From Gammaproteobacteria bacterium (GTDB lineage Bacteria > Pseudomonadota > Gammaproteobacteria > Ga0077536), in the NCBI GenBank assembly GCA_947450495.1, contig CANFVX010000002.1, positions 1 through 39,785 of the forward strand: a stretch of DNA of 39,785 nucleotides, in the 5' to 3' direction. This document shows, piece by piece, positions 10,027 through 19,162 of the stretch. The stretch's first letter is position 1, and every line of letters starts with the position of its first letter. The translations under genes were made by a program, and so were the position numbers. Below the pieces are notes generated by a model. The model searched no databases. It was not told where the DNA came from and worked only from the letters and a program-made list of their open reading frames with translations.

Positions 10027-11517
10027 TCAGAATGCCCAGGTCACGGACACCTGCACGGCGTTCTCGGTAAAACTGTTGCCCTTGAAGCTCGAACTGCTAT
10101 CCATCCACGAATAGCTCACCCGCGCGTTGGTATGCGTGCCAAAACTCAGGCTGAGATAGGGCGAAACCGAATAGAAATCGGTGGTGCCCCGGGGCTGTTC
10201 AAGGTCGCGAGTCTGGTACTCACCGGTGATGCCGGTGGCCGCGCGCACCGATAGCGGATGCCGCCAGTTCACGGTGCCGCCAACGGCGGTCTCGTGACGC
10301 CCGCTGCGGGTGGATTCCTGATCGAGTCGATACACGCCGACCGCAAGCTGATCGCGGCGGCCGGCATAGCCCGCGCTCGCGTTGAAGCGGCGGTCTATGA
10401 AGACCTCGTCGGTCAGACTGAGCGAATCGATGCCGACGCCAACATCCGGATTGGTCCCCGAATTGATCGGCAAGGGATTGCCGAAAGGATCCGTCAGCGG
10501 CACCGTGCGCCGTCCGCGCAACAGCTCGGAACTGGTGCGGAGGTCCTCCGTGTAGCTCGCCGAGAGCACGGTGTGGCGCAAGCGGTGCGTGAGCACGAAA
10601 GACTCGGTGGTCCCGAATACCCGCTCGCCCACCGATCCGGCGAGCGAGGTCCGGATACTCGGCGTCCACACGAAGCCCACCGATCCGGTAGGCCCGTGAC
10701 GCGGTCGCTGGCTGCTGCCGTAGTCGTTATCTTCAAAGCCCACCGTGCCGGTGAATTTGAACGCGTGGTTGAGCTGCCAGCCAAAATCCGCGATGAGACT
10801 TTGCAGCAGGGAATCACGTCCGCGCGTCGGACTTATCAGTTCGCGCCGTCGAAACGCCAGCCCCCAGTCGGTGCGTTCAAAACGCTCGCCACTTTCCAGA
10901 CGCGTGAACCACTCGTTGCCGCGCCCGGCACCCGCCACGCGATCGCTGCCGGTGGTGGTGTCGCTGAAACTGGTGCTGGCGGTGAACTTGGCCAGCGTGC
11001 CGAAGCGCTGTTCATAACGCGGCGTGAGCGACCAGATGGTGACGTCGGCTCGGTTGTTTTCACCGTCGGTAAGCCCTTCGCGATCCCGAAACGCATTCCG
11101 ACTGCGATCGGTCAGCGCGCCGCTGCCCGATCGCAGGGCCGGGAACATTGCGCCATGGGCATCCAGAAACAGATGCTCGGGCACGGCGGTAAATTCGAGG
11201 TCACCCTGCAGTTGATGCGTTAAGCGATCGAGCGAAGACTGGTCGTAGAACACCAGCTGCTCGGCGGAATAATCGGCATTGAGCTGCAGCCGTCGGGATT
11301 CGCCACGGATCGCGACCCCCGGCACCACCGTGTTGTAAAACGCCCCGCGCGTCTGGCTGGACGTGAGAAACACGTTGTCGGTGTAGTTCTCGGTGAGTCC
11401 CAGACTGGGCGCCACGCGCCAATCGCCCGCAGCGACTGCATTCGCCGCACCGCCAAGCGCAAGCCCCAGCAGAAGCCGCGAGCGGGTGACGCGCCGGGAA
11501 CGACGCACAGGCTTCAA
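10027..11517 (-). CDS. PEP-CTERM system-associated outer-membrane beta-barrel protein
   Basis: Signal peptide (RLLLGLALGGAANAVAAG), alternating beta-strand-like sequence, and a terminal aromatic (VSVTWAF) typical of OMPs. Conserved position between the ATPase and tyrosine kinase genes. The track start is TTG (TTGA overlap with the upstream stop); an in-frame GTG at 11508 is an alternative. Confidence 0.8.
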   Translation of the reverse strand: MKPVRRSRRVTRSRLLLGLALGGAANAVAAGDWRVAPSLGLTENYTDNVFLTSSQTRGAFYNTVVPGVAIRGESRRLQLNADYSAEQLVFYDQSSLDRLTHQLQGDLEFTAVPEHLFLDAHGAMFPALRSGSGALTDRSRNAFRDREGLTDGENNRADVTIWSLTPRYEQRFGTLAKFTASTSFSDTTTGSDRVAGAGRGNEWFTRLESGERFERTDWGLAFRRRELISPTRGRDSLLQSLIADFGWQLNHAFKFTGTVGFEDNDYGSSQRPRHGPTGSVGFVWTPSIRTSLAGSVGERVFGTTESFVLTHRLRHTVLSASYTEDLRTSSELLRGRRTVPLTDPFGNPLPINSGTNPDVGVGIDSLSLTDEVFIDRRFNASAGYAGRRDQLAVGVYRLDQESTRSGRHETAVGGTVNWRHPLSVRAATGITGEYQTRDLEQPRGTTDFYSVSPYLSLSFGTHTNARVSYSWMDSSSSFKGNSFTENAVQVSVTWAF

Positions 11518-12404
11518 GCAGCAACGCCGGGTTGCGCACCGGCATAAGCGTGGCCATAGGCATACCCGTAGGCACTCCCCTCACGACGATGGCGAATCTT
11601 GTTGAGCACCAGGCCGGTCACCTCCGCGTGCTCCAGCGCCGCCAGCGCGCGCGTCAGCATCTCGCGCGAAGTGCGCGCAGCTTCCACCACCATCACCACT
11701 TGCCCCATCAGCGGCGCGAGCGCGGCCGCACCCGACATCGCCAGCACCGGCGCGGCATCAAAGACGATCAGGCGATCGGCATAGCGCTCGGCCAATTCCC
11801 CCACCAGCCGCACCATCGCCTGACTGGCCAGCCGCTCGGTAATGCCTTCGCGCACCGTGCCCGCCGCCATAAACGACAAGCCCGGCACATTCGTCCGCGC
11901 AATGGTCTCGCCGGCATCCAGCGCCGGGTGCACCAGCAGGTCATACAGACCGGGCCGGTTCCAGACGCCAAACAGGCGGCTGAGATCGGATTTCATGATG
12001 TCGCTGTCGACCGCCAGCACCCGACGGTCGATCTCCATCGCGATGCTGAGCGCGAGGTTCATCGTGGTGTAGGTCTTGCCCTCGCCCTGAATCGCACTGG
12101 TGATCATGATGAGATTGGGCGCGCGGGCGTGCCGCAACATGCCGGGCACGGTGTTGCCAATGACCCGGCGTTTGATTTGCTGGAATTCTTCCGACAGCCG
12201 CTCGGCCGGATCGCCCGGCACCAGATAGCCCTGCTGCCGCAGTTGTTCAAAATCGAGATGCAGGCGCGGCGCGGTTGCCGCGGGTTCCAGCGTCGGGCGG
12301 ACTTCAGGCGTGAGCGTCGGCGCGCTGGCTGGCGCCGGACCCGCAGTTTCCGGGGCGGGCGGCAGGCCATCTTGTTGGCGCATGGCGCGTTCGATAGTAC
12401 TCAT
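11514..12404 (-). CDS. exopolysaccharide tyrosine autokinase (BY-kinase catalytic subunit), PEP-CTERM locus type
   Basis: Walker A ITSAIQGEGKTYTTMNLA, Walker A' VLAVDSDIMKSD, Walker B LIVFDAAPVL. C-terminal Tyr cluster GSAYGYAYGHAYAG. ATGA overlap with the upstream chain-length gene. Confidence 0.9.
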   Translation of the reverse strand: MSTIERAMRQQDGLPPAPETAGPAPASAPTLTPEVRPTLEPAATAPRLHLDFEQLRQQGYLVPGDPAERLSEEFQQIKRRVIGNTVPGMLRHARAPNLIMITSAIQGEGKTYTTMNLALSIAMEIDRRVLAVDSDIMKSDLSRLFGVWNRPGLYDLLVHPALDAGETIARTNVPGLSFMAAGTVREGITERLASQAMVRLVGELAERYADRLIVFDAAPVLAMSGAAALAPLMGQVVMVVEAARTSREMLTRALAALEHAEVTGLVLNKIRHRREGSAYGYAYGHAYAGAQPGVAA

Positions 12405-13984
12405 GTCAGCGCTCCCAGCACGTGCTGGAGTCGCCCGTGCACGTTGATATCCAGCAGGAACAAGGTGACCTGCGCGAAGTAAACCAGCAGCAGCCCGACC
12501 AGACCGGCGGAGAACGCCAGTAGCTCGTAACGCCGTTGCCGACGATGGCTCGATGACACGCTAAGACTCACCGCGCCCAGCACCGGCAAGCCGGTGGTCT
12601 CGCGCAAATCCGGCACATCAATCAGACGCGGACTCAACTGCGAGAGCAGCACGGTGAGGCCGCCACCGAGCCCAAGTCCCAACACCAGCACGACACTGGC
12701 CAACAACAAGCGGTTGGGGCCGATGGGCAGCAAGGGCAAGCGTGGCGGGTCGATAATTTTCACCTTCACGTCTTCCTGACTCTGCTCCGCGTCCTGCGAC
12801 AGCGCGGCCTGCTCGCGCCGTTGCAGCAGTTCGTCGTACTGTTTTTTGTTGACCTCGTAATCGCGGTTAAGCCGCGCGAATTCGGCTTCGACTTCGGGCA
12901 CCGTACCCACCTTTTTTTCGAGCTCGGCCACCCGCGCGGCGTGGGTCGCCACCCGCGCCTGAAGGGCTGCCGCCTGGGCGTCAGCCGTAATCGCCTGCCC
13001 CTGCAGCTGTGCGAGATAGCTGTCGGCCGGCGCCGTGGCCGGCGTGGCCGATGCTGGCGTTTTCTTCAGCACCTTCAGCCGCGCGCTGCGCTTGTCCTCA
13101 AATTCGGCGATGAGTTTGCGCATGCCGAGCACGTCGGGATGCTTGTCGGTGAAGTTGAGCAGCAGCTCGTCGATGCGGGTCTGCAGTTCGTGGATGTGCG
13201 TATCGAGTTGGGCGAGTTCCGCATCACCGCTGGCGGTCGCCGGATTGGCGGCAATATGCGCACGCTCCTGGGCGCGCAGCTGGTCGCGGCTGCGGGTCGC
13301 TTCCTGCAACTGCAACTGCGATTCGCGCCACTGACTGCGCGCAGCGTCCAGACGCTCGAAGTAACCGCCCTGCGCGCCCGGCATCACGCCCAGGTTGCGC
13401 TCCTTGAAGGCTTTGAGACGGTCCTCTGCCTCACTCAAGCGCTTCTCATAGCCGGCGATCTGCGCATCGATGAACTTGCGCGTCGAAGCGGTTTCATGAC
13501 GGGTATCGCCCAGCGCCGACTCCATGAACCGATTGAGCAGTTCATCCACCACCGCCTTGGCGGTACGCGGCGTCGGGTGGTGAAAGCTGATTTCGTAAAT
13601 GTTGTCGCGCGTCGTGCCGGTCACGCGGATGTCGTGCGCAAGCCCGGTGATGAGGCGATCAAAATCTTCCGGCGTGTGCGCCTTCAGATCGAGATCGGTG
13701 CGCCGCGCCACTTCCTCCAGATTGGGTCTGGTCAGCAAGGTGCGGCCGAGCAAGGCCGCGGTGTCTTCCAGCGTCGTGCTGTCGAAGGCAATCCCCCGCA
13801 GGAGGGGGCGCAGCATCGAGCGCGAATCCAGATACATCTTCGCGCTGACCTCGTACTGGTCGGGCAGCAACAACACCCCTGACCAGCCTACAAGGCAAAA
13901 CAACAGCGCCGCCGAGAGCCCGGCCCAGCGATAGAGCCAGGCCATTCGCATAAACGTGCGCATGATTTGCAATTGGTCTTGCAT
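12401..13984 (-). CDS. polysaccharide chain length determinant protein (Wzz/PCP), PEP-CTERM locus subfamily
   Basis: 527 aa. N-terminal TM (AGLSAALLFCLVGWSGVLLL), a long coiled-coil periplasmic region, and a C-terminal TM pair. GGGAG SD 7 nt before the ATG at 13984. Confidence 0.88.
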   Translation of the reverse strand: MQDQLQIMRTFMRMAWLYRWAGLSAALLFCLVGWSGVLLLPDQYEVSAKMYLDSRSMLRPLLRGIAFDSTTLEDTAALLGRTLLTRPNLEEVARRTDLDLKAHTPEDFDRLITGLAHDIRVTGTTRDNIYEISFHHPTPRTAKAVVDELLNRFMESALGDTRHETASTRKFIDAQIAGYEKRLSEAEDRLKAFKERNLGVMPGAQGGYFERLDAARSQWRESQLQLQEATRSRDQLRAQERAHIAANPATASGDAELAQLDTHIHELQTRIDELLLNFTDKHPDVLGMRKLIAEFEDKRSARLKVLKKTPASATPATAPADSYLAQLQGQAITADAQAAALQARVATHAARVAELEKKVGTVPEVEAEFARLNRDYEVNKKQYDELLQRREQAALSQDAEQSQEDVKVKIIDPPRLPLLPIGPNRLLLASVVLVLGLGLGGGLTVLLSQLSPRLIDVPDLRETTGLPVLGAVSLSVSSSHRRQRRYELLAFSAGLVGLLLVYFAQVTLFLLDINVHGRLQHVLGALT

Positions 13985-14047
13985 GAGAAAACTCCCGATA
14001 AAGCCGCCGTACCGTGTCAGTCCTTTGCAACGCCCGCAGGCGTCGGC

Positions 14048-14695
14048 TTAAAACCAGGCTTCAGGGATAATCAGCACATCACCGGGTTGCACCGGCACGT
14101 TGGCGGAGATGTCGCCGTGGCGAATGAGGTCGTCCAGCCGCACGCCGAACTCCTGCTCCTTGCCGCCGTTGTAGCGCACGAGCACGGCGCGATTGCCGCT
14201 CGCGTATTCGGTCAGGCCGCCTACCTGAATCAACAAATCGAGCACCGTCATGTTCGCGCGCCAGGGTGTCGCTGCCGGCTTGGCGGCTTCGCCCACCACC
14301 CGCACCTGGTCGGCATATTCCCCGGCAAAATTACCCACGGTCACGGTGACCAGCGGGTCCCGCACATAAGCGCCGAGCGCCCTTTCCAGTTCGCGCGCGA
14401 GATCTGAAGGTGTCTTGCCGGTCGCCACCATTTCCTTCACCAGCGGCGTCGAAAATTTGCCGTCCGGGCGCACGGTCACCGTCTGCGACAACTCCGGGTT
14501 GCGCCAGACAAAAATATTCAGGCTGTCCATCGGCCCCACCCGATAAGTCCAATCGCTCGCGACTGCCGGTTCACGCGGGGCGTCGGGCCGTGACGCGTGG
14601 AGCATCGGGCTGCTACAGGCCGTTAAGGCCAGCGTGAACGTCGCCACGACAATCAGGTGGCGATAGTGGTGGCATTCGTTATGGCGTTCCCGCAT
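14048..14695 (-). CDS. polysaccharide export lipoprotein (Wza/Poly_export family), PEP-CTERM system-associated
   Basis: Lipobox LALTAC. Poly_export motif YRVGPMDSLNIFVWRNPELS and SLBB-like C-terminus (VPVQPGDVLIIPEAWF). Strong AAGGAGAA SD. Confidence 0.9.
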   Translation of the reverse strand: MRERHNECHHYRHLIVVATFTLALTACSSPMLHASRPDAPREPAVASDWTYRVGPMDSLNIFVWRNPELSQTVTVRPDGKFSTPLVKEMVATGKTPSDLARELERALGAYVRDPLVTVTVGNFAGEYADQVRVVGEAAKPAATPWRANMTVLDLLIQVGGLTEYASGNRAVLVRYNGGKEQEFGVRLDDLIRHGDISANVPVQPGDVLIIPEAWF

Positions 14696-14765
14696 CGAGC
14701 TTCTCCTTGTTGATTTTTTGCCGACCTTCAGGGGCTACGCGCTGGTGCGGTAACAACCCGGTGGT

Positions 14766-14783
14766 CTGGCCTTCACAGTGCCC
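14766..14783 (-). promoter_or_regulatory. candidate sigma54 -24/-12 promoter for the export/chain-length operon
   Basis: The minus strand reads GGGCAC-TGTGA-AGGCC (GG-N10-GC spacing), about 70 nt upstream of the export gene ATG (14695). The -24 element is good; the -12 element is GGC instead of TGC. Confidence 0.35.
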
Positions 14784-14850
14784 GTCGGCAGACCGGCGGG
14801 CCTTGATCTGCCTCAGCTGAAACGGTGTCGGTGCGGGGCTCAACGCAGAC

Positions 14851-17622
14851 TCAACGCAGACTGGCCAGCAGTGCCTCGGCGGCCGGGCGCGAGGGAAAGG
14901 ATTGGTCGGCTTTCAGCACCTGCGAGAGCTCCGCCTGTGCCGCCGGCGCTTTACCGCTGGCCGCGAGCGCAGCAGCGTAGTGATAGCGAATATCCGGCTG
15001 CGTCGGCGCCAACTGGCGCGCCTGGCTGAGGGCTGCCAGCGCCTGCGGCAACTGCTGCTCGCGAAGCAAAATCCAGCCGAGGGTGTCGAGCGCCCGCGGC
15101 GAGTTGGGCGCGGCGCGCCAGGCGGCTTCCGCAAATTGCCGGGCGCGCGGGTCTTTGGCTTCGAAGCACGACCACGCGAGGTTGTTGAGCAGGTCGGGCG
15201 TGACCGCCTTGAGCCGCAGGGCCGCTTCGTAGCGTTGAATCGCGCCCGCGTAGTTCGCCTGGTCCTGCAACACATCGCCGAGACGGGACTGCGCAAACGC
15301 GTCATCGGGATGGGCGTCGGTCCAGGTGGTGAACTCGGCCAGCGCGGTGGCCTTCTGCGGTGTCCGGAGTTGCGCGAGGAAACGCTGCCAGGCGATTTGC
15401 CCCACCGGCTGCCGCTGCAGGGCTAGTGACAAGGCTTCCAGCGCAGCAACTGGATGGCCGGCCCCCAACTCCAGCTCCGCCGCCAGTAGCCAGCCCACAG
15501 GCGCTCTGGGCGCGCGTTCCTGCACGGTCTGGATAAACCGCCTCGCCTCCTCTGCTCGCCCTCGTCCCAGCAGGCTCGAACCCCATGCCACCTGCAGCGA
15601 GGGGTCGGTGGCGAAGAGCGCGAGCCCTTGCTCGAGCGTGCTGTCGGCCGCGGCCTCCTGACCGTACTGACGGTACATGCTGGCGACCAGCAGCCGGTCG
15701 TTGGCGGTTGACGGCGACAGGGCCAGATAGCGACGCAGCAGTTCATCCGCGCGCGCGGACTTGCCTCCCAACAGGAAGGCTTCGGCAGACGTCAGCAGTA
15801 GCGCCCGATCGTCGGGCCACTGCGCCAGCGCCGCATCCGCCGTCTGAACCGCCAGCGCGCCAGCCTTGCTGGCCACGGCCAAGCGGATGAGTGCGAGGCG
15901 CGGCGCGAGGTCCTCAGGGGCTTGCGTAATCGCCGCTTCCAGCGCGTGACGCGCGGCCTTGGGCTGACCTTGGCGGGCTTCGAACTCGGCCAGCGCGAGC
16001 TGTGGCGGCACAGACTTTGGCAGCACCTCGACACCCGCCTCATACAGATGCCGCGCGGCATCGATTTCACCGCTCGCCACTTCCAAGTTGGCCAAGTTGA
16101 TTCTGGCCGGTAAAAACTCGGGCGCGACCGACAAGGCCTGCTCAAACGCCGCCTTGGCCGCCACGCGCTCGCCGCCGGCGAGCTTCAGCAGGCCTTCAAG
16201 ATTGTGTGTGATGGGACTGTCCGGCGCGCGCGCTACCAGCGCATTCAGCGCCTCGCTGGCCTGTTGAAAATCCCCTTGTGTGAGGCGGGCCAGAATCAGA
16301 ATTTCATCTGCCGCCGTGGCGCGCTTCGCCTGTTTGAGCGCGAGCCCAAGCTCACTCAAGCCCGCCTGGTCGTGTTCATTGGCCAAGCTGGCCAGCCCGC
16401 GGCGCAGCTGGAGTCCGTTATCTTCCGGCCGCAGTTGTGCGGCACGGGCGAGCAGAGTCTGGGCAGCGGCGCGATCGTTAAGCGCCATCTGGGCTTCGGC
16501 CGCGAGCGTCAGAGCGCTCGCATCGTCGCTGTCGGCGACGAGTGCCGGGGCCAGCGCGCTCAAAGCCGCCGCCGGCTGGTTCACGCGCAGGAGCGCTTCC
16601 CCATACGCGCGACGGGCCAGCGCGTTGTCGGGCTGCGCGATCGCGCTGATTTTCAGCATTTCGGCGGCCTGCGCGTAAGCTCCAAGCGCCAAATGACTTA
16701 AGCCCGCGAGCAGCGTTGCCGAGCGCAGGTCGGGCGCAGACTTCAGCGCGAGTTGCGCATCGTCCAGCGCCACGCGCGGCTTGCCTTGCGCCAGCAGGAT
16801 CATCCCGTGCTGAACCAGCGCGTAGGGATGGGCCGGAAACTCCATCCGCAAGTGGGTGGCATCGCGCGCGGCGGCGTCCAGATTGTCCGCCGCCAGCCAC
16901 AGCGCGGAGCGATTGAGCAAGGCGGTAAAATCGTGGGGGTTCAGCTCGAGCACTGCGGCCCAGGCCTTGATCGCATCCGCCGGACGATTGTTCGCGCGCA
17001 GCAAGATCGCGCGATACACCGTGGCGTCGTAGTCCTGAGGCAAACGCGCCAAAACACCCTCGACGAGTTGCAGGGCACCGGCCACATCGCGCTGACTCGC
17101 CCGCAGCTGGGCCTCTAGCAGAATGACCTCGGCATTATCGGGCGCGTCGTGTTTCGCGGCGGTCAGGCTCGCTGCCGCCGCCACGCTATCGCCCAGCGCA
17201 TGCTCGGCGACACCCCGCAGCGCGCGGAGTTCGGCCCGTGCGGCGGCGGGCCAGTCCGGCCTGAGCGGCAGCTCTTTCAGCAGCGCTGCGAACTGCCCCT
17301 GATGCCGCAAGCTCTGGCCCAGCGCGAGAGCGAGCGTGGAGTCATCGCCCAAGCCCAAGCTGCGCGCACGCCGCAACTCTTTAGCCGCATTCACCCATTC
17401 AAACTCATGCCCGTACACCATGCCAAGCCGAGCGCGTAGCGCGGGATCGTCCGGCGCGCGCTGAATGGCGCTTTTCAGTTCCAGTACCGCCCCCGCGCGG
17501 TTGCCTTCGGCCAGCAGCCGGTCGACCCGCACCAGCGCCGATTGCGGCGTCTGATTGCAGCCCGTGAGCAAACCCAGCGCAAAGATGATTGCCGGCAAGT
17601 GAGTGCGTGAACGTCGTGACAT
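14851..17622 (-). CDS. prsT: PEP-CTERM system TPR-repeat lipoprotein
   Basis: Start at MSRRSRTHLPAIIFALGLLTGCNQ (lipobox LTGC; ATG 17622); the 27-aa extension of the track ORF is not needed. About 920 aa of consecutive TPR-like repeats (A/L-rich, 34-aa periodicity), the hallmark of PrsT. Confidence 0.88.
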   Translation of the reverse strand: MSRRSRTHLPAIIFALGLLTGCNQTPQSALVRVDRLLAEGNRAGAVLELKSAIQRAPDDPALRARLGMVYGHEFEWVNAAKELRRARSLGLGDDSTLALALGQSLRHQGQFAALLKELPLRPDWPAAARAELRALRGVAEHALGDSVAAAASLTAAKHDAPDNAEVILLEAQLRASQRDVAGALQLVEGVLARLPQDYDATVYRAILLRANNRPADAIKAWAAVLELNPHDFTALLNRSALWLAADNLDAAARDATHLRMEFPAHPYALVQHGMILLAQGKPRVALDDAQLALKSAPDLRSATLLAGLSHLALGAYAQAAEMLKISAIAQPDNALARRAYGEALLRVNQPAAALSALAPALVADSDDASALTLAAEAQMALNDRAAAQTLLARAAQLRPEDNGLQLRRGLASLANEHDQAGLSELGLALKQAKRATAADEILILARLTQGDFQQASEALNALVARAPDSPITHNLEGLLKLAGGERVAAKAAFEQALSVAPEFLPARINLANLEVASGEIDAARHLYEAGVEVLPKSVPPQLALAEFEARQGQPKAARHALEAAITQAPEDLAPRLALIRLAVASKAGALAVQTADAALAQWPDDRALLLTSAEAFLLGGKSARADELLRRYLALSPSTANDRLLVASMYRQYGQEAAADSTLEQGLALFATDPSLQVAWGSSLLGRGRAEEARRFIQTVQERAPRAPVGWLLAAELELGAGHPVAALEALSLALQRQPVGQIAWQRFLAQLRTPQKATALAEFTTWTDAHPDDAFAQSRLGDVLQDQANYAGAIQRYEAALRLKAVTPDLLNNLAWSCFEAKDPRARQFAEAAWRAAPNSPRALDTLGWILLREQQLPQALAALSQARQLAPTQPDIRYHYAAALAASGKAPAAQAELSQVLKADQSFPSRPAAEALLASLR

Positions 17623-17873
17623 CCTGTTCTCCTGAATGCAAAGCGCCGTAGCGCAGGATTTACCGCATGGGGCATGGAATCGGGCAGATCTGGATGGTGG
17701 CATGCAGGCCAGACGCTGCTACGCCAGCGCGCGTCCGGAGCCTGATGTCGATCAGGAAGACCGGTCAGGCCGCTCAGCCTGCGGTGTCCAGTTTCTTTAC
17801 AGCATGGCAAACGGCGCAGGACCAAGGATTTGGGGCAAAGCACCCATGGCGGAGGCGGTGTGGGGCTGCAAGC

Positions 17874-17892
17874 CTGTCAATCAATTTGACAG
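17874..17892. promoter_or_regulatory. perfect 7-5-7 palindrome, candidate enhancer (UAS) for a sigma54 activator
   Basis: CTGTCAA-TCAAT-TTGACAG, centred about 90 bp upstream of the -24/-12 element at 17968-17983. A T-rich tract (GCGCTTTTTTGCTGTTTTTCC, about 17920-17940) lies between them. Confidence 0.45.
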
Positions 17893-17967
17893 TGCAGCCG
17901 CCATCGAGGATTCGTGATTGGCGCTTTTTTGCTGTTTTTCCGCGATTCAACGCAGCAGGGTCGGCTG

Positions 17968-17983
17968 TGGCATGGAAGGTGCT
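17968..17983 (+). promoter_or_regulatory. sigma54 (RpoN) -24/-12 promoter of the PEP-CTERM protein gene
   Basis: TGGCAT-GGAAG-GTGCT versus consensus TGGCAC-N5-TTGCW, with exact GG-N10-GC spacing. Located 65 nt upstream of the ATG at 18048, which has a GGAG SD. A sigma54-dependent activator (prsR) is encoded in the same locus. Confidence 0.65.
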
Positions 17984-18047
17984 CAATGCTCAACAAGTTT
18001 CAGCGCCCTGCAGAAACCTCCACCACACTCATTGAGGAGTAAGCACG

Positions 18048-19079
18048 ATGAACAAAACACGGACGATAGGGGCATCTCTCACGGCGATCATCGCAATGAC
18101 CTATGGCGGCCTTGCCCACGCCATTCCCAAGCCAGGTGCCGTCGGCGACGCCTACCTTGAGCTGAGCAAGTTCTACATTCTCGCCGGTGACCACAAAGCG
18201 GGCGTGAGTGGCACTGTGCTTGATATCAAATCCCCCCTTAATCCGGCCGGCGCCATCACCTTGGGCCCGGTGAACACCACCGCCGAGGTGGCGGGTTCGC
18301 TGAACGGCGTCTCTACGCCGCTGAACAAGGTGCTGGTTGGTCTGGGCGCGCCATTCAGCATTAGTTCCTCGCTGGGTTCTGGTTACGTGCCCTACGTCCG
18401 GCTGACCGGCAATCCCGGACCGGCGGACTGGATCGGTGCCTCTACCTCGTCTTCGGGTGATGGCTTGGCGCTTGCCTCGCCGGTGAATGTGCCGGTGGAA
18501 TCGCAGGTGGCTCTCGCACACTACGGCTCCGACGCCGGCAGCTCTGCCTACCAGAACCTGCAAAGCAACTTCTCCTTCACCTTGGCGGCTGGTCAGTTGT
18601 TTGAATTGAGCTTTGATGCCGACGGCTACCTCCGCACGGCGCTGGGTCAAGACGGCATTGTTGCCAATGCGAAATACAACTGGACCGCCTCCGTTGATCG
18701 CATCAACAAAACAGGTCCGGTAACCCACATGATGACCTGGAATCCCGATGGTGAGGTCGGTAGTGGCTACTCCTCCTCGCTGTGCCACACCACCAAGACC
18801 GACCCCTTGGGCGGCGGCAAATTCGACTGTAACGAGTATGCCGATGCGTTCCTGATGAACGATGGACTGGGCACCAACGGCGGGCCCGGTGAAAGCATTA
18901 CCGACCCGACAAAAGGGTCGTTCGAAATGGAGCTCTATCTGGCGGCCGGCACGTATAACTTCACCATTCAGCACAATACGCATGCGGATGCCGCGATTGG
19001 CGTACCCGAACCCACCACGCTGGCCCTGCTCGGGATTGGCATGTTGGGCATGGGCGCCAAACGCCGTCGGAAAATCTGA
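18048..19079 (+). CDS. PEP-CTERM sorting-domain protein (predicted exosortase A substrate)
   Basis: Sec signal peptide (SLTAIIAMTYGGLAHA). C-terminus GVPEPTTLALLGIGMLGMGAKRRRKI has the canonical VPEP motif, TM helix and Arg cluster. The mature region is Gly/Ser/Thr/Asn-rich with no domain I recognise. Confidence 0.92.
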   Translation: MNKTRTIGASLTAIIAMTYGGLAHAIPKPGAVGDAYLELSKFYILAGDHKAGVSGTVLDIKSPLNPAGAITLGPVNTTAEVAGSLNGVSTPLNKVLVGLGAPFSISSSLGSGYVPYVRLTGNPGPADWIGASTSSSGDGLALASPVNVPVESQVALAHYGSDAGSSAYQNLQSNFSFTLAAGQLFELSFDADGYLRTALGQDGIVANAKYNWTASVDRINKTGPVTHMMTWNPDGEVGSGYSSSLCHTTKTDPLGGGKFDCNEYADAFLMNDGLGTNGGPGESITDPTKGSFEMELYLAAGTYNFTIQHNTHADAAIGVPEPTTLALLGIGMLGMGAKRRRKI

Positions 19080-19104
19080 TTGCGCACAGCGATGTGCTCT
19101 TGGG

Positions 19105-19131
19105 AAACCCGCTTCGGCGGGTTTTTCTTTT
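19105..19131 (+). terminator. rho-independent terminator
   Basis: AAACCCGC-TTCG-GCGGGTTT: a perfect 8-bp stem with a UUCG tetraloop, followed by TTCTTTT, 26 nt after the PEP-CTERM gene stop. Confidence 0.85.
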
Positions 19132-19162
19132 GCCGGTTGATGGGAGGGGAAGCGGCGTGGTG

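Noticed and set aside
9076-10254. 392-aa plus-strand ORF
   Set aside because: Antisense to the Walker A/B-containing ATPase gene and the OMP gene; Arg/His/Gln-rich shadow frame.
17636-18035. Small ORFs (93, 122 and 70 aa) in the prsT / PEP-CTERM intergenic region
   Set aside because: They have no SD, overlap one another in different frames, and have atypical composition. The region is better explained as a 425-nt regulatory region carrying the palindrome and the sigma54 promoter.
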